DNA of 64,000 bases from Candidatus Aenigmatarchaeota archaeon (GTDB taxonomy: Archaea > Aenigmatarchaeota > Aenigmatarchaeia > CG10238-14 > SCSR01): contig JACQIA010000002.1 of assembly GCA_016198705.1 (NCBI GenBank), forward strand, positions 1,521-65,520. Direction: 5' to 3'. Position numbers and translations under genes: made by a program. The notes under the pieces were generated by a model. That model had not been told where the DNA came from and searched no databases. It was given only the letters and a program-made list of their open reading frames with translations. This document shows positions 1 through 7,643 of the stretch, one piece after another. Position 1 is the first letter of the stretch, and each line of letters opens with the position of its first letter.

Positions 1-1108
1 CTGTCTTGCTCCTTATTGCATCGCCAAATTTCGACTTTATCATGTGAAAGACTGTTTCAGCATTTGACCTCTTGTGGTAGTGTTCTGTGAACTCGCCGTG
101 CTTATACATGAAATAATACCACATCTTATGCCAAGTCGAAGAGCCATTGGCTCTCGGTGTTGTATTCTTTTTGAACGGGATATACGGCATAGCCCCGATT
201 TCTTTTATAGCATCCAAGTTGTTCCTTGAACTGTAACCCATGTCCGCACTCAATTCCTTAATCTGAAAATGCTCTGATGTTTCTATCATCAAAGGCTGTA
301 GGAACTTTGTATCATGTTCGTGTGCTGTTGTTACCTGTAATGCCGTGACTATGTTCGTCTTAACGCCACTCATTACATGAGCCTTCAACCATTTTCTGAT
401 ATTCTTCTCTTTACCGTATTTGTAATCAAACCAACGGTCAAACCTTGATGTTGAAAACCCAGTAGAGTCTACTGTAAAGTCTTGTTCTACCGATTTCAAA
501 GGCAGACTGGATATTGTGATTAATTCCTTTATTACCTGTGTTAACTCTGGATTTTCCATGTAGTATGCGACACTTGAGTAATGCGGGACTTTTCGGATAT
601 ATCCAAATTCTTGTGCGATCTTCATGTCTGATGTGAATCTTCTTAGTGAGAATGTTGTAAATACTTTGAGAGCAGATGAAAATACCATATCTGATAGAAG
701 TAACTTTGGTCTACCGAAAACATACTGCGGTTGCTGTATGGTCTTGCACAAGTCATTCAGTAATTTCAGGAACAACTCCTTTTGTTGGGTTTGCGATTTG
801 TCGTAAGCTACCCAGTCTTGGGAATAAGTCACCTTTTTAGTAACTGTAATATTACCTTGTTCGTCAATTTGCTTCTTTACAATTATTTCCACTGCAAACT
901 GATGTTTGCACTTAATCCGTCTCTTTTCAAAATCGGGGCATGAGCAAGTAGGCATGTCTTTCTCTAATTTCACAGTATAAGAACCGTTGCCTGTTTGGGA
1001 CGGCACAAGCCACTTGTCGCCCAAATAAGTAAGCTTTGAAGATTTGACAATCTCTTTACCTCTTAATTTTCTATCTTCAAGCAGTTGGTTATAGTCCATT
1101 TCAATCAT
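1..1108 (-). CDS. DDE transposase, IS4/IS5 family, N-terminal SWIM zinc finger; 3' end (C-terminus) cut by the window
   Basis: Own translation of the minus strand gives MIEMDYNQLLEDRKLRGKEIVKSSKLTYLGDKWLVPSQTGNGSYTVKLEKDMPTCSCPDFEKRRIKCKHQFAV ... SADMGYSSRNNLDAIKEIGAMPYIPFKK ... HYHKRSNAETVFHMIKSKFGD, which carries the YREK motif. Confidence 0.7.
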   Translation of the reverse strand, partial: MIEMDYNQLLEDRKLRGKEIVKSSKLTYLGDKWLVPSQTGNGSYTVKLEKDMPTCSCPDFEKRRIKCKHQFAVEIIVKKQIDEQGNITVTKKVTYSQDWVAYDKSQTQQKELFLKLLNDLCKTIQQPQYVFGRPKLLLSDMVFSSALKVFTTFSLRRFTSDMKIAQEFGYIRKVPHYSSVAYYMENPELTQVIKELITISSLPLKSVEQDFTVDSTGFSTSRFDRWFDYKYGKEKNIRKWLKAHVMSGVKTNIVTALQVTTAHEHDTKFLQPLMIETSEHFQIKELSADMGYSSRNNLDAIKEIGAMPYIPFKKNTTPRANGSSTWHKMWYYFMYKHGEFTEHYHKRSNAETVFHMIKSKFGDAIRSKT

Positions 1109-1120
1109 CACTACCTATAC

Positions 1121-1140
1121 TATATACCTTTAGGTATATA
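1121..1140. promoter_or_regulatory. Perfect 8-bp inverted repeat (TATATACC-TTTA-GGTATATA) in the divergent region between the transposase and the Zn-ribbon ORF; TATA-box-like
   Basis: Read directly from the sequence; it lies 13 nt upstream of the transposase ATG. Confidence 0.3.
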
Positions 1141-1229
1141 TACTTAACAGTAGTTCACTTCCGATGGCATTAGGCTTATAAGCATCGTATACCATATTTA
1201 TATTACTCAAGTGATTGAGGTAAAGTATC

Positions 1230-1397
1230 ATGATAGAATGCCCTAAGTGCCACCATAAATGGGATAACCGCCTCGAATGCAAGAGGTGCGGTCACAAGTG
1301 GTATCAAAAAACATCTGAATTGCCAGAAGTATGTCCCAATCCAGAATGTAAAAGCCCATACTGGAACAAACCAAGGAAAAAGAAGGGGAAGGCATGA
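1230..1397 (+). CDS. Small zinc-ribbon protein (55 aa, CPKC...CKRCGH...CPNPEC)
   Basis: ATG at 1230 and TGA at 1395-1397, overlapping the methyltransferase ATG at 1394. Translation is MIECPKCHHKWDNRLECKRCGHKWYQKTSELPEVCPNPECKSPYWNKPRKKKGKA. It falls below the 60-aa cut-off of the ORF track. Confidence 0.4.
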   Translation: MIECPKCHHKWDNRLECKRCGHKWYQKTSELPEVCPNPECKSPYWNKPRKKKGKA

Positions 1398-2302
1398 AAG
1401 CCGAAGTGGGATTGCAAGGGTTTAAAACTACGAGAGAGATTATTCTAAATGATTACATGCAGATAAGACTAGACGGAAAAGTAAACGGCACAAGAATACC
1501 ACAGCCATTCTTAAAATGGGCTGGTGGCAAAAGGAATCTCATCAATGAAATTCTTGGCAAACTGCCTGAAAAATTCAACAATTATCACGAGCCTTTTATC
1601 GGCGGGGGAGCGGTTTTCTTTGCGGTTGGAAACAAGGCAAATCATTCTACAATTTCGGACAGCAATCTCGAGCTAATCATGACTTTCAAGGTAATACAGA
1701 AGAACCCAAAAGCACTCATCGAGAAACTGAAAATACACGCATCGAAGCACTCTGAAAAATATTTTAGTGAGATAAGGGGACAAGAACCTGCAGATCCAAT
1801 AGACATAGCCTCACGCATGATATACCTGAACAAGACCTGCTACAACGGGTTATATCGGACAAATAAGAATGGCAAATTCAATGTCCCTTTCGGGAAAAAC
1901 AACAGCCCCAACATTGTGCAAGAAGAAAATATTTTATCATGCCACGAGTTTCTGAAAGATACTAAAATATTATTCGGGGATTTTGAGACAATAAATCCGC
2001 AGAAGGGCGATTTTGTGTATTTAGATCCGCCCTACCACCCCACGGGCGAAATGTCCTTTACAAAATACACGAAGGAAAACTTCACGGAAAGAGACCAGTT
2101 GAGATTAAGGGACTTCATAGCAAGGCTGACAAAGAATGGCGTTTTTGTCATGCTGTCAAACTCTAATACAAAGTTCATAAATGATTTGTATGGCGACAAG
2201 AAGTTCAAGAAAGACATAGTGCTGTCGCCCAGATTCATAAACTGCAAACCGAACGAAAGAAACGAAGTGGAAGAACTTTTAATTACAAATTACCAATTGT
2301 AG
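1394..2302 (+). CDS. N6-adenine DNA methyltransferase, Dam/D12 class (alpha group)
   Basis: Motif I FLKWAGGKRNLI and motif IV DPPY (YLDPPYHPT) in Dam-like order; 302 aa. Confidence 0.85.
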   Translation: MKAEVGLQGFKTTREIILNDYMQIRLDGKVNGTRIPQPFLKWAGGKRNLINEILGKLPEKFNNYHEPFIGGGAVFFAVGNKANHSTISDSNLELIMTFKVIQKNPKALIEKLKIHASKHSEKYFSEIRGQEPADPIDIASRMIYLNKTCYNGLYRTNKNGKFNVPFGKNNSPNIVQEENILSCHEFLKDTKILFGDFETINPQKGDFVYLDPPYHPTGEMSFTKYTKENFTERDQLRLRDFIARLTKNGVFVMLSNSNTKFINDLYGDKKFKKDIVLSPRFINCKPNERNEVEELLITNYQL

Positions 2303-2305
2303 CTT

Positions 2306-2764
2306 ATGAAACAAGGGACATACGCAAACTATACAGGAGATAAACTTCAAAAATTTATTTTCAACAATCTTGTTGAGAAAGGATATACCTTAATAGACAG
2401 GAAGAAATTCGACTCTTCGAAATACCTTGAACAGCCTATATTTGCAACTGAGTATACCGTTGGGAAAAGCATATACGAGACTAAGATTGATTGTGATTTT
2501 ATAATATTTCACCCTAAAAAATTCCCGAATTGCCTGATTATAGAGTCCAAATGGCAAGAATCTACTGGCTCAGTTGACGAAAAGTTTCCTTATCTTGTTT
2601 ACAATATCAAGAAATGCTACCCATGTGCTACAATTGTTGTCTTGGACGGCGGGGGCTACAAAAAGGAAGCTGAGCAGTGGCTGAGAAAACAAGTTGGCGG
2701 TAAGCTCGTCAAGGTGCTAAACATGAGGGAATTTCAGAAGTGGTCTAACAGCGAAGAATTATGA
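2306..2764 (+). CDS. Predicted PD-(D/E)xK nuclease, candidate cognate restriction endonuclease of the Dam-like methyltransferase
   Basis: 152 aa with E...IDCDFIIF...LIIESKWQ fitting the (P)D...ExK catalytic pattern. It starts 4 nt after the methyltransferase stop, so the two are probably co-transcribed. Confidence 0.4.
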   Translation: MKQGTYANYTGDKLQKFIFNNLVEKGYTLIDRKKFDSSKYLEQPIFATEYTVGKSIYETKIDCDFIIFHPKKFPNCLIIESKWQESTGSVDEKFPYLVYNIKKCYPCATIVVLDGGGYKKEAEQWLRKQVGGKLVKVLNMREFQKWSNSEEL

Positions 2765-3544
2765 GTTCAACAAATCTTGTTTTAAAGCTTCTAAAAAGGC
2801 TTTTATATCAATCAGAAGTTTTTCTTGCAATGCCAAAAATTCACTTGAGTTCAGTCCTATAACACTACTTTTACCCGCATATTTCAAACAGCTCTGAGCA
2901 ACGAGTCTTTTTGTCTTTTCTGGATCATCTACCAAGTCTAGATCATGCACGGGAAATGTTCTTAGGTGTTTGATATGAAATATAATAAAATCATCTATGC
3001 TTTTAGATTCACCGTTTTCAATAATTGTATAGAACTTTTTTGGTATTCGAAGATGACGCTCTTCTGATGCACCTTCATAAAATATCTTATATAATGCCAC
3101 AATAAATTTTTGAAAGTGTTCTTGAGTTTTAACTGGTATACGAATTTGACTAAAACTTGCCAGTGAAGTATGTGTCACTCTAAAAATGACTCCAGTTTCC
3201 TTTGATTCGGAGAGATTATTACAATCGGAAATTAAAATTCCTAACTCATCAGATAACTTTCCAAATAATTGAGCTTTTCCATGATGAACAGAACCAATAA
3301 GCCTGTATTCAGACGATTCACTAAAAATGAATTTAGGTATTTTATCATTCTCAATTTCGTTGTTTATTTTCTGTAATAAAGCAGTCCTAACAAGGGGCAA
3401 ATTTTTTTCTAATATGCTTGAAACTTCTAATTCCTCGCTAACGCCAGTTGCTCGGATAATTTCCGATATTTCACTCTCTAAATCAATAGTTTTAGTATCG
3501 GGTAGGTTCCATATAGTAGTTACAATATCTTCATAAGATATCAT
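2759..3544 (-). CDS. Hypothetical protein (261 aa), downstream partner of the ParB-like gene with a 4-nt overlap
   Basis: Complete ORF overlapping the upstream gene by ATGA; no motif recognised. Confidence 0.4.
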   Translation of the reverse strand: MISYEDIVTTIWNLPDTKTIDLESEISEIIRATGVSEELEVSSILEKNLPLVRTALLQKINNEIENDKIPKFIFSESSEYRLIGSVHHGKAQLFGKLSDELGILISDCNNLSESKETGVIFRVTHTSLASFSQIRIPVKTQEHFQKFIVALYKIFYEGASEERHLRIPKKFYTIIENGESKSIDDFIIFHIKHLRTFPVHDLDLVDDPEKTKRLVAQSCLKYAGKSSVIGLNSSEFLALQEKLLIDIKAFLEALKQDLLNS

Positions 3545-4650
3545 TTTATTCCCAATGCTTTTAAATGAGCTTCTACAATTTTTTTCAAATCGTTAAGCAA
3601 ATCCACAAACTTCTCAGAACCATTCGATAGTTTTATTTTAACATCAGGTAGATTCTCTATCTGGGAATTTAATTCTTTTAATTTCCTTAGCCACTCCTCA
3701 AGTTCTTTCGGCTCTTCTTCCAAATTCCATATTTCATATTTAAGGCGGTTTATATGCATATCAACACTCGATTCAAACTTCTTGAAAAGACTTGGATAAT
3801 TAACCATGGCTTTTGCCACAAAATCTCGAACATCATTAGATCGTTCAATCCTTGGCGGATTACCTTCAACACTGACTATCCAAGATAGATATTTTCTAAG
3901 ATTCTCGATGTTTTTGAAATGTTTCTCCTTTTCATCCCATTCAAGCCATTGTTGTATAGGGGTGTTTATTGCTGTGAAAATGGCTTCTTGAAAGAAGCTG
4001 AAATCGTCTTCCTTCAGATATTCACCAAATTCTTCATCTTGAGTGCTTTGTTCATACGCATAATAAGAACGCATCAATCTTGCTGACTTTATAGAACCTA
4101 TACCAACTGCTTTTCCAGCGTCTTCTATTTTAATCTTCCTCTCTTTAACAAGTTTTATTAATAATTTTGCCTGTTGATACGGTTTCCAATTTTTAATGCC
4201 AGATATGTGCCTTATACCTTGAATTATCCAAGCTATATCAGGTTCCTTACCTTTGTAGACATAGACGGTAAATCGCAAAATGCTGTTCAGAACAGCATCA
4301 GATAGTTCTATCTCCCCACTCTCATGCTCTATCTTCAATTGTTTTATTGCCGTTATTCTTCTGTTACCTTCTACTACTACATATTTTTTTGAGTCTGCAA
4401 TACGTCTTACTACAATTTTATCTATTGGTAAAAAACCAACTCGTTTGATATTTTCTTTCAATTCTTCTATACCAAAATCGTGCATTTTTTCAAAACATGT
4501 TCTTTGTATACTTTCTTCGATTATTCTGCTATCCGATACAAGCTTTTCTTTTCCAGAGAATCTTGGATTGTTCGGATCTAAAAATACATCTTCTAAGTTT
4601 ACTTGTCTTTCTTCAAAATCGTTTAAATCAATTATTTCGTTACCATTCAT
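3541..4650 (-). CDS. ParB/sulfiredoxin-fold (ParB-like nuclease / DUF262-like) domain protein, 369 aa
   Basis: The N-terminal segment LPIDKIVVRRIADSKKYVVVEGNRRITAIKQL matches the ParB N-domain / DUF262 core (hydrophobic-x-DG-QQR/ERR-x-TA). The long C-terminal part is helical with no recognised domain. Confidence 0.55.
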   Translation of the reverse strand: MNGNEIIDLNDFEERQVNLEDVFLDPNNPRFSGKEKLVSDSRIIEESIQRTCFEKMHDFGIEELKENIKRVGFLPIDKIVVRRIADSKKYVVVEGNRRITAIKQLKIEHESGEIELSDAVLNSILRFTVYVYKGKEPDIAWIIQGIRHISGIKNWKPYQQAKLLIKLVKERKIKIEDAGKAVGIGSIKSARLMRSYYAYEQSTQDEEFGEYLKEDDFSFFQEAIFTAINTPIQQWLEWDEKEKHFKNIENLRKYLSWIVSVEGNPPRIERSNDVRDFVAKAMVNYPSLFKKFESSVDMHINRLKYEIWNLEEEPKELEEWLRKLKELNSQIENLPDVKIKLSNGSEKFVDLLNDLKKIVEAHLKALGIK

Positions 4651-4701
4651 AGTGAAACCCTTTTAATAATCTAATAAATAGAATTAAATCTTAAGAGTTT
4701 T

Positions 4702-4932
4702 ATGGCTGGTCAATATGAGCAGTTAAGCTGTCCCTTCTGCGACAAAGGCAAGATCCAATGTTTGTATTTTCCAAGTGCATGGAGTGTGAAAGCCAAAAGA
4801 ACAAAGACCTTGCCTGGGAGCGGTTCTGTTAGCAAAAGTGCTGAGGTGTGGATAATTAAAACTGGCTGTTCTGCATGTGGTAAATCCCAAGAAGAAGTTG
4901 AAAAGGAATTTAGGGATAAGGGAATTATTTAG
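4702..4932 (+). CDS. Small zinc-ribbon protein (CPFC...CSAC), 76 aa
   Basis: MAGQYEQLSCPFCDKGK...IKTGCSACGKSQ; divergent from the ParB-like operon. Confidence 0.35.
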   Translation: MAGQYEQLSCPFCDKGKIQCLYFPSAWSVKAKRTKTLPGSGSVSKSAEVWIIKTGCSACGKSQEEVEKEFRDKGII

Positions 4933-5167
4933 ACTTTTTCAACAGAATTTCGACTAAATCAACAGAAGCTACTTATTCAACAAAGCTTGTAGCAGACTAT
5001 TTTCGTGTACGAAAAATATCAGTTTTCAGACGGAATTTGTATTCAGAGTGGCTGATGGTGTTTGGAATTGAAAGGGGGAAATAGGGCGTTGTTTGGCTGA
5101 ATAAGGTTGTTTTTGGCTGATTAGAGGAACGGCAGTGATTGAAGGATGATGGAGATGGGATGGCATG

Positions 5168-6877
5168 TCAATTGCCTTCAAGCTTGGCTATTCTAGCTTT
5201 CAGCGCATCATTCTCAGCTTTCAAATCTTTGAGTGCCTGGAGCATGAGATAGGGAAGCTCCTCATTATGAATTTGCTTAATCCCATCCTTTTCTGTCACC
5301 AGTTCAGGAAGATATTGCTCTACCTGTTGGGCAATTAATCCGATCTGTGTTTCATTGCCCATGTGCATTTCAGGATATTCGTCTGAACGCCATTGGAAGT
5401 ATACTGGTTGTAATTGTGTTACTTTATCCAATACTGATGGTAATGGGGCAATATTTTTCTTGAGTTTTATATCTGAAGAACATGTGCCTGCTAGTATAGT
5501 TCCATCAGCATCTTTAACGCATCCTGTAGTTCCGGTGCCGACACGGATGTCGCCACTAACGTCTAGTTTATCTAGTGGCGCTGTTTTTCCGATGCCGACG
5601 TTGCCGGTGCTTGCAATTATTCCCAACAGTACATTTGCATTTGAATCTTGGAAAGAAAAATCTGATGCACTGCCAGCTGATTTGAAGTGAATTCCTCTAC
5701 TGGCTACAGCGGTGGTATATAAGCCTCTTTTGTTGAGAGGGCTGGTAGCACTACTATCATCGGTGGACATTGTGCCGCGTAACCCCTCGCTGGAGTGGAC
5801 ACCAATAGTGCCAAGCACACTTAACTTTTCGCTTGGAGATGCCGTCCCGATGCCGACGTTGCCCGACGTATCAATATCAATCCTGCTGAGACCATTGGTT
5901 CGTAAGCTAAGTGGGTGATTGGTTAAAGTACCTATGAGAGCATCCGTATCTCTCGATCTTAAAAATATAGTACTCCCCCCAGTCGTGCTCACTTTGATAG
6001 TTGGTTCTGTTGTTCCACCGCCACTGACTTCAAGCTTGCTACTTGGCGTCGTCGTCCCAATTCCGACGTTGCCTGATGGCGTTATAACCATCCGACTCTG
6101 TGCACCGCCAGTGCCTCCAGTTCTAAACTCAAGGTCCCCAACACCACTAGTTCCTGTTGGAGTGCCGCTTCCTATCGCGGCAGAAAAGCTTGTTGCAGTA
6201 TCACCAAAGAGAATTAGATTGTACGAACTAGATGGAGAAAGAAATTGAAGAGTTGGAACTGCGCTGTCTTCAATAAGAACATCTGTGCCTGAAGAGGAGC
6301 TTAACCCGGAAGCGCCACCAAACACGTGTAATTTTTTTGCCGGACTCGTAGTCCCGATGCCGACGCTGCCATCATCCTTGATGACCGCCAAATCACTTCC
6401 AGCGGAGCTTTGGAAATAAATGCCGTCTGGTCCTGCCGCAACAACACTTGGTACAAATAATATTGCTGGAGAGGAAATTATCTTCATAATCTGTCCTAGT
6501 ACAGTTATTATTGCTGTACTGCACATGCTGGATGTACACAATCTTAGAGTATGTTTGCCTTCTGGCAGGGATGATAGTGCTTGTATTGTTGCTGTTTGTC
6601 CTGGGGGAATTGGGAATGGGGAGATTAATAGATCAACAGGATTGCCAGCTTCAGTGGCTTTGATTTCTTTTATCGCATCTGTGCCGCTATTTATGACAGT
6701 AATGGTGTCTTTGAATGCATCAACCACTGAGAATGCTGTTGAAGTTTTGCTGGTAAAAACGCCGGAAATAAATGAATAACTAAATCCAACCAAACCAATT
6801 GTAATTATTAGTATCAATAAGGTGCCTATTATCGAGGATATTGCTTTGGCCTCTTTTTTGATTTTCATACCCATCAC
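5168..6877 (-). CDS. Surface fibre protein: class III (type IV pilin-like) signal peptide + GNVGIGTTxPxxKL tail-fibre-like repeats + C-terminal peptidase S74 intramolecular chaperone domain
   Basis: The N-terminus MKIKKEAKAISSIIGTLLILIITIGLVGFSY is a pilin-type signal. There are at least four repeats of the form GNVGIGTT(S/T/A)PxxKLxV. The C-terminus SSDIKLKKNIAPL...QIGLIAQQVEQYLPELV...LPYLMLQALKDLKAENDALKARIAKLE matches the endosialidase/tail-spike auto-cleaving chaperone domain (SDxRxKxNI ... GLIAQEVEEVLPELV). Confidence 0.8.
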   Translation of the reverse strand: MMGMKIKKEAKAISSIIGTLLILIITIGLVGFSYSFISGVFTSKTSTAFSVVDAFKDTITVINSGTDAIKEIKATEAGNPVDLLISPFPIPPGQTATIQALSSLPEGKHTLRLCTSSMCSTAIITVLGQIMKIISSPAILFVPSVVAAGPDGIYFQSSAGSDLAVIKDDGSVGIGTTSPAKKLHVFGGASGLSSSSGTDVLIEDSAVPTLQFLSPSSSYNLILFGDTATSFSAAIGSGTPTGTSGVGDLEFRTGGTGGAQSRMVITPSGNVGIGTTTPSSKLEVSGGGTTEPTIKVSTTGGSTIFLRSRDTDALIGTLTNHPLSLRTNGLSRIDIDTSGNVGIGTASPSEKLSVLGTIGVHSSEGLRGTMSTDDSSATSPLNKRGLYTTAVASRGIHFKSAGSASDFSFQDSNANVLLGIIASTGNVGIGKTAPLDKLDVSGDIRVGTGTTGCVKDADGTILAGTCSSDIKLKKNIAPLPSVLDKVTQLQPVYFQWRSDEYPEMHMGNETQIGLIAQQVEQYLPELVTEKDGIKQIHNEELPYLMLQALKDLKAENDALKARIAKLEGN

Positions 6878-7223
6878 TTTTTCAAAAGATCCCGGAAAAA
6901 ATCATCCCAAGTATATCTCCTTTTTGCATTCTTTGAGCCGAGAATCAGCTTTTCTTTCCTGAGAACTTCAAAAGTGTCGTCTCTTACGCTTATTATAGCT
7001 CGTGACATTTTATCATTTCATGGAATTTTATTATTTAATTAATTTAATGCATATCATGATTTTTATTCATTTATATGATTTCATGTATATAATGGATTTG
7101 ATAAAAAAGCATAAATACAGTTCACTAGATATTATGCCCCATTTGACTGGTTGCCAAACTGCAGAATGGATGACCGAATTTGGGCTTTTTTAATAGTTTA
7201 CCTTCCAATTAACATTAGATTCT

Positions 7224-7643
7224 ATGAACGAGAAGGAATTGCAGGAAAAGATATTCGCTTACAGGCTTTTCGAGTCTAGATTAGACGCTTTGTTAAAGCA
7301 AAGGGACATGCTTATAAATAAACTTATGGAGTTGCAATCAACGATAAATAGCATCGAAGATTTGCACAAATCCGAAGGCGAGATTATCTTCCCCATAGGT
7401 AGCGGGGCGTACAAGGTAGCCAAAACAATCGATAAAGATAATGTGATAGTAGAAATTGGTGCTAATGTCGCCTTAGAGAAAACTGCTGAAGAAGGCAAAG
7501 CTACACTCAATAAAAGAAAGAGTGGGCTTGAAAATTCTATCAACCAGCTGCAGCAGGAGATTTTAAAGGTTTCCAATGCAGTTAATCAACTCGGTCCAGA
7601 GCTACAGGATTTGGCTAAAGAATTTCAGCAACAGGCTGGTTAA
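7224..7643 (+). CDS. pfdA: Prefoldin alpha subunit
   Basis: 139 aa with coiled-coil N- and C-termini and a central beta region. It lies immediately upstream of ftsY, overlapping as TAAATG, which is the conserved archaeal pfdA-ftsY arrangement. Confidence 0.6.
   Translation: MNEKELQEKIFAYRLFESRLDALLKQRDMLINKLMELQSTINSIEDLHKSEGEIIFPIGSGAYKVAKTIDKDNVIVEIGANVALEKTAEEGKATLNKRKSGLENSINQLQQEILKVSNAVNQLGPELQDLAKEFQQQAG

Larger units (their letters stand above)
1..1148 (-). mobile_element. Insertion sequence (IS4/IS5-type), partial; it continues beyond the left edge of the window
   Basis: The minus strand holds a long open frame from ATG at 1108 to the window edge with no stop, absent from the ORF track because it is incomplete. 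Its translation has a SWIM-type zinc finger (CSCPDFEKRRIKCKHQFAV) and the IS4/IS5 Y-(2)-R-(3)-E-(6)-K signature (YHKRSNAETVFHMIKSK). A palindromic TATA-rich element lies at 1121-1140. Confidence 0.7.

Noticed and set aside
5355-6779. Four plus-strand ORFs of 68-119 aa (5355..5690, 5712..5918, 5919..6248, 6420..6779) antisense to the fibre gene
   Set aside because: These are shadow ORFs caused by the GC-rich, repetitive, stop-poor sequence encoding the Gly/Thr/Ser repeats. Their translations are low-complexity Pro/Val/Leu strings with no start context.
7002-7193. 63-aa ORF in the AT-rich spacer upstream of pfdA
   Set aside because: Extremely AT-rich, Ile/Phe/Tyr/Met-rich translation in a divergent promoter region with many TATA-like elements, so it is not credible as a gene.
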